From Glaucostegus cemiculus (Eukaryota): a DNA stretch of 64,000 nucleotides. A model generated the notes under the pieces. It worked only from the letters and a program-made list of their open reading frames with translations. It had not been told where the DNA came from and did no database searches. Made by a program: the position numbers and the translations under genes. Below, in pieces: positions 37,271 through 50,739 of the stretch; the stretch's first letter is position 1; each line of letters opens with the position of its first letter. The DNA is taken from contig CDPCPM010000323.1 in NCBI GenBank assembly GCA_976551045.1, positions 6,014,001 through 6,078,000 of the forward strand, given 5' to 3'.

Positions 37271-37789
37271 AATGCAAAACTGTCATTGTTTGTCATCAAC
37301 ATTGTATTACAGTGAGTGTAACTTCTGCCACTCATACACAAGCTGCTCAACATAGAAATCTGGATATTACTGTCTGGGTTACCCTAGTCTGGTATCATGG
37401 ATACAGATGCCATCAATGTGGTATCAATGACTTGATGTGACCTTTAACTTTACACATTCTGTTCTTGCTATAAAAAACATTCAAATGTTAAAATGTATTT
37501 GTTCAGGATTGATTGAGTTCTTAATAATGTTTTAAGTTAAAGTTACTGCAGAACAACTTCCTCAGCTTTAGAAATCTGATTTTACAGGTTATTCTCTCAG
37601 AATAGTATTTTAAGAGTTGGCTGTCTTTCAAAATATAAATGCTGACTTTTTTTAAAGAATTTCATGATACTCAGGGTCTCCCATAATCCAATAGCTACAT
37701 ATTAATATTTATTGGGCTGGAGTTGACAGTTGCAGTTAGAACTGCCAGCATTCACCCATTAAACCTCCAATAACTGACAGATTTCCACA

Positions 37790-38250
37790 TATAGAGTCAG
37801 AGAGTCATAGAGTTGTGCAGCACAGAAATGAGCCCTTCAGCCCAATTCATCCATGCCGATTGTGATGCCTATCTATACGAATCCTATTTGACCACATTAG
37901 GTCTGTTTCCTACTACTCCTTTCCTACCCAAGTCTGAATGCCTTTCAAACATTGTAATTGTACCCGCCTCTACCACCTCCTCTGCCACCTCGTTACATAT
38001 ACTTACCACCCTCCGTGTGAAAAACTTGCCCCTCAGATCTCCTTTCAATTTTTCCCCTCTTACCTTGAAACTGTGCCCTCTAGTTTTAGACTCCCCCACT
38101 CTACCATATCTATGCCCTACATCATTTCAGAAACCCCTATGCCATCACTCAGCCTCTTGACTTCCAGTGATCATGAACCCAGCCTATCCAACCACTCCGA
38201 TAAGTAAAGCCCTCCATTCCAGGCAACATCTTGGTGAATCTTTCCTGCAC
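37790..38250 (-). mobile_element. CR1 LINE 3' end
   Basis: KTRGHSFKVRGEKLKGDLRGKFFTRRVV plus the tail. Confidence 0.92.
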
Positions 38251-38659
38251 AGAAGTCCAAGCTTTCCTCTGCATCTGTCACCACTTTCATTTGTTGGACA
38301 CCACATGGCTGGATTCAGTCCTGCTGTGATTCCCAAACATTAATCCAGGAAATTGACTATCCAATCCTAAACCAATTAGACCTGGCAGAGGATAAGAGAT
38401 CCCATTGACTACAATGAGGATTCAAGGGTTGGGATAAGAGAGGCAAAAGGGGAATGCTGATTCAAGGACACCTCGAGAACTACCTTAACACTATGAAACC
38501 CCACAGTCAAAGCCGCAGGATAGAGGAATTCAATGCTCCACTGCCTGCTGAAACTTTATTAACAGGCTTTCCCCCAAGTTTAGCAGCAACCATTAATCCT
38601 TCACTATCAACCACAAATATGGACCGTCAATAAATTTACAAAATTTGTCTGCAATTGAT

Positions 38660-39270
38660 AGATAAATTCAGTTAAAGGCAAGTGTATGAGAGTATAGTTC
38701 ATTGGAAAAATACAGAGGTCACATAATCTTAGGGAAATACTTCTGAATATAGGGTTGAGGAATAAAGAGATTATTTACACAAATCATTAGGCATAATGAT
38801 ACACATTAATAAAGCCAAACTAATCATTTTGTTTCACTTCTGTGGGATTATATTGAAAAGCTATGAATTGACGTTAAACTTTATAATACTTTGATTAGAT
38901 CACAATTTCAATGTCGCAGATGGAAATGGTCTCTAGATCGTAAAACAACCACAGAGGCACTGAAGGAGATAAAAAAGGAATTTACTGGAATAATACTAGA
39001 TCTGAGGGACTTGAACTTGTCAGGAAAGATTGAAAAGGAGAAGATTGAGGAGGGACACATTAAAGGTCTTTAAGATTTGGAATGGTTGCTTTCTTTCTGA
39101 TTCATCGCAAACCATAACTAAAGCCAAAGGTATACAATGGTTACTTATGGATCCAGTGGAGAATTCAGGCTGATTTATTTATCCTGAGAGTAGGTGGAAT
39201 GTAGGATCATTACCTTTGGACTATTTGAAGTGATGCATTTAAAACAAAATTAGGTAAATACATGAGCTTG
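38660..39270 (+). mobile_element. Ancient CR1 3' half, possibly continuing 36790-37270
   Basis: LTLNFYNTLIRSQFQC (compare ML.LY.TLVRP.LEYC) and downstream CR1 C-terminal remnants. Confidence 0.6.
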
Positions 39271-41099
39271 TCCAGTTTTAAAAAGAGCTCCAATTCAGTT
39301 GCACAACTTGGAAGCCTTGCCATGATGTGTCCAACATAAACTCACTGGAAAAAAAACCTCTTCAACAATATCAGCTTTATGGACCAGATTAAACTCCTGA
39401 GGATATTTTCTTCCACTGTTATGGTTTTGGACAGCAAAAGCATTGACAATAGAAGAACGTGAGTCCTCTTTGATGTATTTTAAGGCCAGCATTAGCTGAT
39501 CATTCTCCCACATGGTCAAAGAAGAATATTTACAGTTAGAACAAGTTTGTAACTGAAATGAACCTCTTAATACATATCCACAGAGAATTATGTTTGTGGT
39601 TTTTAGTCTTGGTGCAAAATACACCAACTAATTAGAACTCGGTTGTCTCAAGGGATGGATCTTGTCCCTGGTGTTCACATATGTGAACAGTCTTACATTA
39701 AACTTACAAGCCAGGTAACCAATAGCAGACAACGCCACTCAGTTTTATCATAAAAAAGTATCAGCCAAGATACAGTTGACTTTATTTTTGGAAATTAATA
39801 CCATTTTTTAACCTCAACTTCACCAAATTTCTCTTTCATGGGGTGGGAGCACCTGACAAACAATTAGAAAGGAGTTTGACCATTAAGCAAGTCAGAAAGT
39901 TGACATCCATATGAATCAAAGGACAGTATAAACTATTTTTGACCTTAAAATACTTTATGCTTGAGTAGCAAAATGTGAATTTCAAACTCCGAAATATGCC
40001 TGGAAGTACTCACCACTTCTCTAGAGAGCTTGTGGACCATTAAACCTCTCCGTTTGAATATTTGGTGGCATCGATTAGTGAGTCATCTGCAATTCACTTA
40101 CTTTCTGCATCTCCCTTAACCCCACAGTAATTATTCAGGAAAAGCTATTTTAGAGCATAAACCTTTTAGCCTGCCTGGTCTGCAAGAGAATAAGAGACAC
40201 TTGACCTCCTACACATCGAGGAATGAATACTTGCATCTTATCAGACTGCCTTTAGGTTTCAAGTGAAATCATACTGCAGCACTTGTGAATGTCAAGATAG
40301 TATCTTACAGTAAACCTGACCAGCATTAAACAAAAGATTTTTTGGAAAGAACTGAATTTCTTCTTTTCTCATTCTGGCATTTCAATTCTAAGATTTCGTT
40401 TCAAATTTACAGAAGTTTACATTTCTTTTCATTCCCAACCAATCATATTCATGGGATGTTTAAAGTACTAACAGAAATGATGATCCCACTTAAGGGCTCT
40501 CTGTGCATTTTTTTCTACTGGCAACCTTCCCAAAGATGCAGAAATGTGAATGGACTGTTTAAACACTTAAATAAGGCCGAGCATTGAAAATATTTCCAGT
40601 GGATCCCTCAGTAGTGTTTTTAGGAGAATCTTTTATTGTAGTTGAAATGTACAGGGAAGAAGGTCTTAAACACTGCTGCTTTTCAAATCCTTATCTGTGT
40701 AATGCAATTAGTCCCATTCAAGATAACAATGAAGATTAGTTTTGCATCCCTGGGCCACATAAATTTATTTGCTCTGTGCTCCCATTTCTAATTACTGTCT
40801 AGTGAGATTCAGTGGAAACAATCATGTCTGAGCCATAGACAAGGTCAGACTGTTGCCTGGTTATTGAATAACATGATCTACTGATAAAGAATTCCCTCAG
40901 ACAGCTGAAATGCTATGCCTGCTTGAAGTGTGTGAAATGTAAATGTACCTTTAAGCTTTGAGTGTGCATGTATGATGACTTTGGTACATTACCTTACCAG
41001 ACACTGTCATGAGTTATTGCCTTCAGTAAAGAATATCCTGTTGATATTGGTCCTCAGTCATTTGCTTTTCATAGCAGTGACACAGAAGAGTCCTGTGAT

Positions 41100-42100
41100 G
41101 CTACATTGACATTGAGTTTGGAATGATATTGAGAGAGTAGCAGGATAGTGGTCTATTGAGTAAGCAGTGATGATTGCAAACAGTGGAGGTGGCAGATATG
41201 TCAGTGAGGTTGAGAGGGATGAGCTGATTCAGCTATTGGTCCTGTAACTAGAATTCCTGTGGGTGAATAATTGAGGTCCCGGGGAAGGACACAACACAGA
41301 GCAACTACTCTGTGCAATGGACTTAACAGTTAAGGGAATGTGTGGATGATGGAGCACAGAGATGGTGCTTGAAAATGTGGGGCAGCCTCACTCAGGGAAC
41401 AATTTCAAGGTGCAAGTAAGGAGCAGGTCCACAGAAAATGTAATGGCAGCATGGTCTTGTTCTTAACAGCCCAGTCATGTGATCATTGCAGGTGAGATTG
41501 GCAGGAAACCAGGAGGTCACATGAGTGCAAAAGGAAGGAAGGCATAGATTAAGCAAAAAAAAATGGATCGCACTGGAGCCACCTAGCCTCAGAATGTTCA
41601 CTCAAGGTGGACCAAAGCCACTACTGTCACAGGATAGGGCACATTGTACCGGACTGCAAATCCCTGAAGAAGGTAAATGGTCCCAGTAAAGTCTCCATTT
41701 GCCTTGGAGGCAATGAGGAAAAGGAAACAGACAATTCTGCTGGAATATTGAAGTGGTATAAACAGGAATGCTAAACATTTTCTATTGCGCACCCAAGGAA
41801 CGTTGTGAATACAATGAATTTAAGGTCACTTTTGTTAACTGAGAAAGCAATTGTATATATGTGATTTGATATAACATCAAGACAGTCAGTCATAGGCCAG
41901 GATCTCTGAAATAACTCTTTTCCACTGAGTTGGAACAAAATACTCTTGACTGGAGAGAAGAAGGGTCTCTGAATTATAGGGGAGGTGAACTGAGATGTTG
42001 CAATAGAGATGGGTGGGCCAGTTGAACACCAAAGGTTTGAGCTATTAGCATGCACCAGTGATCATTCACATCGACTGACTGAGTCACTCGGATTGCAGGA
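41100..42100 (+). mobile_element. Degenerate Gypsy-type LTR retrotransposon gag/pro remnant
   Basis: 41616-41657 encodes SHYCHRIGHIVPDC, a CX2CX4HX4C knuckle with the first TGC>AGC. A weak protease-like FDITSRQSVI lies near 41865. Boundaries are uncertain. Confidence 0.55.
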
Positions 42101-43689
42101 TTATGTTTTAAAAAAAAACACAGTGAGGAGGTGCAGGAGCCAACCACACTTAGGGTTGCATTGGCCCCATCAGAGCAGAATACTGGTCAGGTGGGTTTGG
42201 GAGATGCTAAGGAATCCCTAGCTGGAAAACCGAGGTTACAGGCTTCAGCTCCAATGAAATAGTTATCAAAATGTTCATTCGATGGCTACTATTCACCTTG
42301 CCTGAAAGGGTGTGAGAAGGTACAACCCAGGACAAGAATGCAGAATATATAAGCAGCTTTCTCCATGAGGGCAGGTTCAATGACCATTCATTTCAATGGA
42401 CAACCTTAACAGCAGATTTCCCAGCTCACCTTGTTAGTAGGTGGGTCACACACTGCAGGATACCTGCCTCTGACTTCATGAGGACTTCAGTGTTGGAAAA
42501 CAGTGGAATGACTTCAGTGATCAGGACTGAGGAAGTTAAGGGCTTGTACAGGGCATGAGTCCTGAACTTCCTGAGAATTACAAAGGTAAGCGCTGGCAAT
42601 TCCACATGGAACCTCTAGCTTTTTATGGAAATTTCAAGTAGATATCTTGCTGTCCTCCTAAGTAACAAGTCTCAATGAACCAATAGAAATACTTGCTATT
42701 GTTTTATTCCAGTAGCATACTCTTGAGGGAATTAACTTGTTGATAGGACATTTTCTTTCATGATCTCTCTGGCTATCCATCACTGTTACCACTGAGCCTA
42801 CTGAAAACTTCTAGGATTCTCTTCAATGGAGCCCAGAACCCAGGCATGTTCATACTGTTAATTTTCAGTCTTTGATTGCTCTAACAGCCCAAAGCACTCA
42901 ATGCACATTAAATCCCATGACCAAGTAAATAAGATAGAATTACAAAAAAAAACCTTTTCCTGGAAATAAAAGCTGAAATAAAGTGATTCAACTCAATGCT
43001 TTAGGAAAAGAATAAAGGGAATAATGAAATATGCTCTAAGTTATTTCAAATAAAACATATCTATTTGCCTTCGCCTTAATATCTAACTAACTAGCTAAAG
43101 TTTACCCATTACTTGGTAGTTTTTATTTTAATTTCCTTAATCAACATAATTTGCTATGATTGATTTAGTAAATGTAAACATGAAAATACAGTCTACCTTG
43201 TACTTGTCACAGCCAAGTCACATCAGTCAGAGTTGAAAATTGCATTTGAATCAAAGCACATGCAACATTAAAGAGTTCACTGCACGGAATGCTTGTGGTA
43301 AAATCAATAAATAGTAAGGACTGCTTGTGCTTTTGTTAGTGGAAACATTTTGTTACTCTGAGAAACCCAGTGCAATCATTTATCAAGATGACTTGCATAA
43401 ATCCAATGTATATGTTATTATCTTACATAGAATTATTCACATATATTATCGATGTTGCACATATGTTCTCGAAGATCTAATCTCATCATACCCAGAATCC
43501 ATTCACAAAACCCTTGTTTTCAGTTATACCATGAGAACATAGTTGCAGCCAGAAAAGCCTAAAACTGAAAAGAAAACTGATAGATACATTACCATAAATT
43601 TTGCAATTAGCTATTGATAGTAATATTGAACCATTGATACTTCCATATTCCATGCCAGTTTATCTCAATTCTGGAAGATACATACCAGA

Positions 43690-43860
43690 ATCCTGAGCTC
43701 ACGATACATGCCAGAACATGAACATATAATTGAGGGCAAAACTTCAGTGCAGAATTGAAAGTGTTGCACTGTCAGAATTGTTTGGAAACACTGCATAACA
43801 ATGCTAGAAATGAGCTCATCCTTTAGTAACATGGGTAAGAGCTTAAACTGAGGTTCCAGT
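43690..43860 (+). mobile_element. DeuSINE-like fragment
   Basis: acttcagtgcagaattgaaagtgttgcactgtcaga...ttaaactgagg resembles the Deu domain. Confidence 0.5.
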
Positions 43861-44160
43861 TCATAGAATACTAGAAAATTAACTGCATAGGTTCAAGCCC
43901 TTCAACCCATTGTCCACATTGGTCAAAATACTGTTGAGTTGGTTCTATTTTCCAGTTCTTGCTTGTCTAGCCATATCAAAGTCTTGCTCATCTGACTAGT
44001 GTTTCAATGTACTGGAGCCTTCTGCCTCCACCATTCTTTAAGACAGTGAATTTCAGATTCCACACTCATTGGATGCAATTATTTTAAATCTCTTCTCCCT
44101 TGTTACTGAGTTCTGTGCTAGAGGAAGCATATCCCACATCTACACCCCAATTAAATGCTT
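43860..44160 (-). mobile_element. Old CR1 3' end
   Basis: tcatagaa...aagcccttcaaccca tail and tctgcctccaccattct...cagtgaatttcagatt. Confidence 0.65.
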
Positions 44161-45584
44161 TTAAGTTTGATGTTAAAGGAGATATTCAACAAATACATCA
44201 AAAATTTCTTAACATCATTGCTAGTTGTAGTCCCAGTATGTGTAGATTAGTCATTGTGATTAACTACATAACAACAATTCTTTATAAAACCATAATCATA
44301 TTTTAATTTAATCCTTAGCAGCACTTAAAGTAACTCCATTGTATGTTTGAAACAGAAGTTATAATGATGAGTGAAGATTTCTCCATTGTAGTAAACAGCA
44401 TGTCATGACGATTATAGTACTAGAAGTGCCTTGAAAAGGGTATTATCTGGGGCTGAAATAAAATTATTCCATATATGGTTACTAGTGGATCTTCTCAGTT
44501 TCAACCTCAGGAGAGATGTAATGTTAATATGGCAGATCACTAAGGCAATGATAAATTAAGTTAAAACATTATTGTGCAGTTTCTTCACTGTAGCAGTGTG
44601 CACAGGAACTCACTGCTATAATCCCACATCTATAATTTAAAGGAAAAACGTTTGAACTAAGAATTTGTAACAGTTACAAGCAGGTAATTGCCAGGTGGGC
44701 TACTGACTGTAGTTCAGCGATGGATTAATGAATAGCAGTTTCCCATTTTGTTATAATTGTAGACCACAGTTGAGTATTTATGAGCCTAGAGAGTTTCGTG
44801 GAGCTTATCATGGCCAAAGCTTTGGCAATCCATTATGTTTATTATAGTTGAAGTGAGTATTGCAGTATGCTTAATGCTGAATTAAGCCAGTGAGAGATGA
44901 TAAAAAATGCAAGAAGGAGTCCTTCTATTCCCCACTCCATCTTAAAGAGCTTTGGAATGTATGCCCTAATCATCATTTAGCAGGTAAAGGGGAAGGGGCA
45001 TCCCCAAATTTCAAGGCTTATACATAGTTGAATCAAGATTCATTATTTGAAAAACCAAAGCAGGTAATGCAATATATCAAGGATATACCACTTCTGTGAA
45101 CTGAACATTATGGGGTCAGTTTATATCATACACTGGGAAGGGAGTTCAATACATTCCTTCATGGCTGGTAACTAAATAACTTCAACTTTTACGAACAGTC
45201 GATTGAAACTGGAAAATAATGAAGGTAAAGAATGCAAATAGGAAGGATTTTAATTGTTTTTGCTGCAACCCAAATATTGTGGTTATAGCAGGGAATATTT
45301 GTGTTTATCAACATTCTGCAAACGAGGTGAAAGATCATTTAGCTGTGTTTTGATTGAATAACAAATGTGATTAGGTCTAAGAAAATAACCTTGCAACTTT
45401 CCAAACATTGCTGAGGAAAGCTTGCATTCATCTGAACAGGCAAATAAGACCTTGGTTTAATGAGGCATCCAAATACTATGTAGCATTTTTTTTTACAGAA
45501 TATTTGCTTCCTCTCATTTCAACGCACATTTCCTTAACTCAAAGGCAAATGGTACAACTGAACCTGATGGCAAGAATGTCAGTT

Positions 45585-45635
45585 AATTCTGGAAATATCC
45601 AGCAGTTAATTCAGCATCTGTGGAGTTAATTATTG
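45585..45635 (-). mobile_element. PLE terminal-unit fragment
   Basis: ctggaaatatccagcag....cagcatctgtggag. Confidence 0.45.
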
Positions 45636-46019
45636 TCCCAGATTTTGCATGATCCGTGAGCCTATTCACTGTAGGGCTATTAAATTTTCAATTATGTGTT
45701 TTCTTTAATGTTTTTAATTATCTTAAGGTATTTTGTTTTAATAGGCATTTTACTTTTTAATCATTTAAGTATTACAAGGTTTTGTTGACTGTCAAGTGCT
45801 TCCAGAAGGGGTTCTTTCTGGGCATGTTCTGGCTTTCCTGTGTCACTCCATCATATCCCTTGATGGCCTCCAGTCAGTTAGCTATCATCTGGTTGGTAAG
45901 ATCTGCCATCCTTGTCAGGAGATCCTATATTTGTTGGATTCGGTAACATGGGCGCTGAGTCTGCTTGGTGTGACCTGCTCAAGAAAATTTGTTTCTTGTT
46001 CCACATTTATTAATTGGCA

Positions 46020-46085
46020 TACTGATTTTTTTTCATTATTTTCTGTCTTTATTTTGGATTTCCAGCATCTGCATTATTTTCTTTC
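46020..46085 (+). mobile_element. PLE terminal-unit 3' fragment
   Basis: attttctgtctttattttggatttccagcatctgca. Confidence 0.55.
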
Positions 46086-46556
46086 TGGCAACAACGTCAA
46101 CACCAATGACATACTATTCTGAAAAGATTAACCACTTTCATCTTTCATTCATCACACATATTAACTATCAGCCTTTTGAGCTTCCATAAACAAGCGTCAG
46201 TTTGACAGCAGTTCACGAAATAAAGCAAATGTTTCTCCACTAGTATTGGAAGTTATCAATATGGAAGAAATCAGTTGGAAAGCACAAATAGAAGCTGTCA
46301 AGGCAAATCTGATCACTTGGAAAGAGTCAGCTGATGGAAATAATTTCACATAAGGTTGAATTTGAAGAAATGTTTTGGAGAATCATGTTTAGAACAGCAC
46401 TGCCACCACACCAACACTGACAAAAAAAAATATACATAAAAATGTTGCTAAAATGGAGTTTACATTTTCCTCAAAGAAGTATGCTGGGCACACAGAGCTG
46501 TTGTCAAATATGGAGGCTTAGTTCCTTCCTGATAAGACCACACATTTTTGATGTAA

Positions 46557-46750
46557 CGGTTTCCTCCAGGTGCTCCAGTTTCCTCCCACATTCCAAAGAC
46601 GTGCAGGTTAGGAAGTTGTGGCCATGCTATGTTGGCACCGGAAGTGTGGCGATACCTGCGGGCTGCCCCCAGAACACTCTACGCAAGAGATGCATTTCAC
46701 TGTGTGTTTTGATGTACATGTGACTAATAAAGATATCTTACCTAACCTAA
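46557..46750 (+). mobile_element. 5'-truncated V-SINE with Rex1-type tail
   Basis: High similarity to about 8317-8500. Confidence 0.88.
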
Positions 46751-47214
46751 CTGAGTGTTCCTATCCCTGTACAGGTGAATTACAAAGATTTGAGAGTAAA
46801 CAGTGGGGCATAAATGGTGCTTAATTAAAGCTAGTTACCCTGCTCATTAGATTTTGCTTATGAACAGTAGTCCAATGCATTATGTGGACTGTTACTTTGT
46901 GTATGAATCTGTGCCAGGTTAACCTCCACATTTGCACAGATTATATCCTTCACCCACTATAAGATAACAGGTAAAGGACATGGGGTGGGGGTGGGGAGGG
47001 GGCGGTTGTGACATGAATATTCACTGAAGGTACAGTAACCCGCACCAGGCTGGGGTAATCAATCAGATGCATTAACCTTTCTAATGGTCAAAATACATGG
47101 CATTTGAGAGGATGGAATCTGTTTTCCTTTAGCCCACAAATGGTGCTGTGAAGGCACTTTCCTTCCCTCAAAGCTGCCCTACCCTACTTCTGCTGATGTG
47201 CTTCCTGACCCCTG

Positions 47215-47285
47215 ACAGGAGCAGACTCGATGGGCCGACTGGCCTGCTTCTGCTCCATTATCTTGTGACCTTGTGATCTTGTGAC
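47215..47285 (+). mobile_element. Isolated CR1 3' tail with (CTTGTGAY)n repeat
   Basis: ggagcagactcgatgggccgactggcctgcttctgctcc followed by an 8-mer tandem tail. Confidence 0.75.
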
Positions 47286-47591
47286 ACTCAAGGGCTAGTC
47301 ACTGAAATGTTAACAGCTACATTAGTGTATTTAAATTGGAAACCCCCATCGTGGAGCCATAGGTTGGCTGCTTCCATGAAACACAAAGTCTACATAATGG
47401 AGTCAGAGTTTAAATTTTTTAACTTTTAACACCTGGCCCATCCCACCATTTGTCTTTTCAAAATCTACTTGTATGTCTATCAGGCACAAAGATGCTTTGG
47501 GTGTCCTTGACTTGACAATTGACAGCTTTGCATCCTAACTAAGAAGCAACAGTTAAATTCGCATTTAAGCTGATATGTTTTCAGTATGTTC

Positions 47592-48158
47592 CTAGAATCA
47601 TAGAGTCATAGAGTAAAACAGCACTCAAACTGGCCCTTCGGCCCAACTGGTCCATGCCGATCTTTTATGCCCATTCAAGCTAATCCCATTTGCCCACATT
47701 TGGCCCATATCCCTCCAAATCTTTTCTATCCATGTACCTGTCCAACTGTCTTTTAAAAGTTGTTATTATACCTGCCTCAACCACTTCCTCTAGCAGCTCA
47801 TTCCATACACTTACCATCCTCTGTGTAAAAAAAGTTGCCCCTCAGGTTCCTATTAAATCTTTCCATTCTCACCTTAAACATTTTCCCTCGGTTTCTTTAT
47901 TCCCCAACCCTGGGAAAAAGACTGAGTGCATTCACCCTACCTATACACCTCGTGATTTTTCTATACCTCTGTCAGATCACCCCTCAGTCTCCTATGCTCC
48001 AAGGATAAAAGTCCCAGCCTGTCCAGCCTCATGCTATAATTCAGTCCCTTGAGTCCCAGCAACATCCTCCTAAATCTTTTTTGTACTCTTTCCAGTTTAA
48101 TAACATCTTTCCAGGGTGGAAACAGGGTGAACAAAACTGAACACAATACTCGAAGTGT
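47592..48158 (-). mobile_element. CR1 LINE 3' end
   Basis: HFEYCVQF, KDVIKLERVQKRFRRMLLGL and RLRGDLTEV peptides, plus the (ACTCTATG)-type tail. Confidence 0.93.
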
Positions 48159-48430
48159 GCCCCTTTGAAGCAGATGGGAACCTCCGAGTGCAGCAGTGAG
48201 AGGCTGAAGATGTCCTTGAACATGCCAGCCAGTCGGTCGAAATAGGTTTTCAGTATCCAGCCAGGTACACTGTCGGGGCCTGATGCCTTACAAGGGTTCA
48301 CCCTCTTAAGGGATGTCCTTACACCAGCCTCTCAGACAGAGATCGCAGCATCGCCCAATGCTGTGGGGATTTGCACAGCTGTAGTGTTATTCTCCCTTTC
48401 AAAGCGTACATTAAAGTGGTTGAGCTCAAA
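48159..48430 (-). mobile_element. Rex1/Babar LINE RT N-terminal fragment
   Basis: NPCKASGPDSVPGWILKT..RLAGMFKDIFSLSLLHSEVPICFK. Confidence 0.85.
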
Positions 48431-48439
48431 GGGATCAAA

Positions 48440-48690
48440 AAGTTAAATTGCAAAGGTGGGTTGTAGAAATGTGGCTTGCATTCTCTGGAGTGCAGAAGAA
48501 TGAAAGATGATATGATCGATGTATTCAAAATGTTTAAGGAATTGATATGGTAGATACAGGAAACAATTTCCTCTGGTATGGAAACCCATGAGAGAATGTA
48601 ATTTTAAAATTTGAGTTAAGCCATCCAAACATGAAAGAAAAAGCATTTTCTGCACAAAGGATGATGTAGGTACAAAACAGGGATGTGGAA
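48440..48690 (+). mobile_element. Old CR1 3' fragment
   Basis: LHSLECRRMKDDMIDVFKMFK peptide. Confidence 0.7.
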
Positions 48691-49099
48691 CAAAGGCGAG
48701 CTGAGGGTGTTGACGTTGCTGAATGGCACAACAAGTTTGAGCAGTTCATCAACTTAACTGTCAAAGAGGAGGTGGCATGTCAGCTGTTGCAATGGTTGTT
48801 CCAGCTCCTAACACCTTCTTCAGTCCAACAGGCAGAAGGGGTGGAATGTTTAGCGGTCAAACTGCAAGTGTTTCACTGGAAATGAAAAAATAAATATATG
48901 TCATTGAAAATAGCATGAGGTTAACTGCTCATTTCAGTAAGAATATACTTGCCACTATCCTACACGGTTTTCTTACACTTTCTCATTCCTTATCTATTAC
49001 ACTGGTGTACTTACATAAACCCAGAATGGATCATGTAGGCCAGTATTTATGTAAATTATTTCAGAGCCTTCAAGGTTCTTTTTAATAGAAGACTTTATA

Positions 49100-49540
49100 G
49101 ACTGATTTTTTTAACTTATATTAGTGATATTGACATGGGTGTACGGATCAAAAATAATCAAAATGTGCAGAAAATACAGGGTAAGGAAGTCATGGTGAAA
49201 TTTTATGAGACACTGGATCACCCACAACTGGATTATTATGCCCATTTCTCGGCAACACGCTTTAGAGAAGATGTAAAGAACTTGGAGATACTGCCAAGGA
49301 TATTTACTGGAATTATACCAGGGATCAGGAGCTTACATTATGCAGATAGACGGAAGAAAATGGAGTCAATCTCCTTGGAGCAGAGGGACTTCTGAGGATC
49401 CGACAGGTGTGGACAGAATAGGTGGAGTGAAACTGATCCCATCAGTTGTAGGATTAAGAATCAGTGTACATAAAGTAAAAGTAGTTGACAGAAGTATCAA
49501 CACTAACATGAGGGGAAGCATTCTAATGCAGTGTGTAGTG
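49100..49540 (+). mobile_element. Old CR1 ORF2 C-terminal fragment
   Basis: KEVMVKFYETLDHPQLDYYAHF...FTGIIPG. Confidence 0.75.
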
Positions 49541-50700
49541 TCATGGAGTCACAGAGTTAAACAGCATAGAAACAGGCTCTTTGGCCCACCGTGTCCACAT
49601 GAACAATCAAGTACCCACCAGCACTGATCCCATTTCCCAGCACTTGGTCCATAGCCTTCTATGCCGTGGTGATCCAAGTGCTTGTCTGGATACTCCTTAA
49701 GAATTGTAAGAATACCTCCTCCACCACCCATTTAGGTTCCAGATTCCAACCAGCCTGTGGGAGAAAAGATTCTCTTCAGATCTTCACTAAACCTCTTACC
49801 TCTAAGCCTATACCCATTAGTTCTCGACACCTCAAAGATGGGAAGAGTATTCTACTATCAACTCTATCTACTGCCTCTCAGAATTTCATAGACCTCTTTT
49901 GTTCTCCAGGGAAAACAATACCAGCCTATTCAGTCTTTCTGAAAAGTTTCATCCCAGCCAACATCCTGGTAAACCCCTCTGCATCCTCTTCAATGCAATT
50001 ATGTCCTTCCTATAATGTGGCAACCAGAACTGTACACAGAACCCCTGCTGTAACCAAAGTTTTAAGTTATGCCATGACTTCCCTGCTCTTATGTTCTACA
50101 TGCCGGCTAATGAAGGCAAGTATCCTGTATGTGTTCTTCACCACCTTATTTACTCATGCTGCCACCTTCAGGGATCCTTGGCTTGTCCAGTAAAGTCCCT
50201 CTGTTCCCCAATACTCCCGAAGGCTCTAGTATCCATTGTGCATGCTCTACTTTTAGTAGTCCTTCCAATCATACTTATCCAGATTAAGTTCCATCTGCCA
50301 TTGTTCTGCCCATCTTACAAAATGATCAGTATTATCCCATATCCTAAGAATATCCTCCTCAGTATCAACAACATCAGCAATTTTCATGTCATCTGCAAAC
50401 TTAATAATCATAGCTCCTACATTCATACCCAAATTGTTATTGCATAAAACAAATATTAAAGGCCCCTGCACCAATCCCTGTGGTATACCACTGGTCACAG
50501 ACTTACAATCACAACAGCAACCCTTCACCATCATATTCTGTCTCCGGTTACCTCGAATTTTGTATCCAATTTGATCATTTGACTTGGATCTCATAGGTTT
50601 TAACCTCTTGGATCAGTTTGCCATGTGTGACTTCATCAAAGGCCTTGCAAGCAGAAGTCCAAGTACTCTACATCAACCACATTGCCCTTATCAATGCACT
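49541..50700 (-). mobile_element. CR1 LINE 3' 1.1 kb including the RT core
   Basis: VTSGIPQGLVQGPLIF, KFADDMK and WAEQWQMELN peptides. Tail near 49541. Confidence 0.92.
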
Positions 50701-50739
50701 TCAGAGTTTGAATAGAGGTTTAGAACTGATCGAGAAATA

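Noticed and set aside
38280-38640. Possible LTR or gag remnant between CR1 pieces
   Set aside because: I could identify no diagnostic motif or termini.
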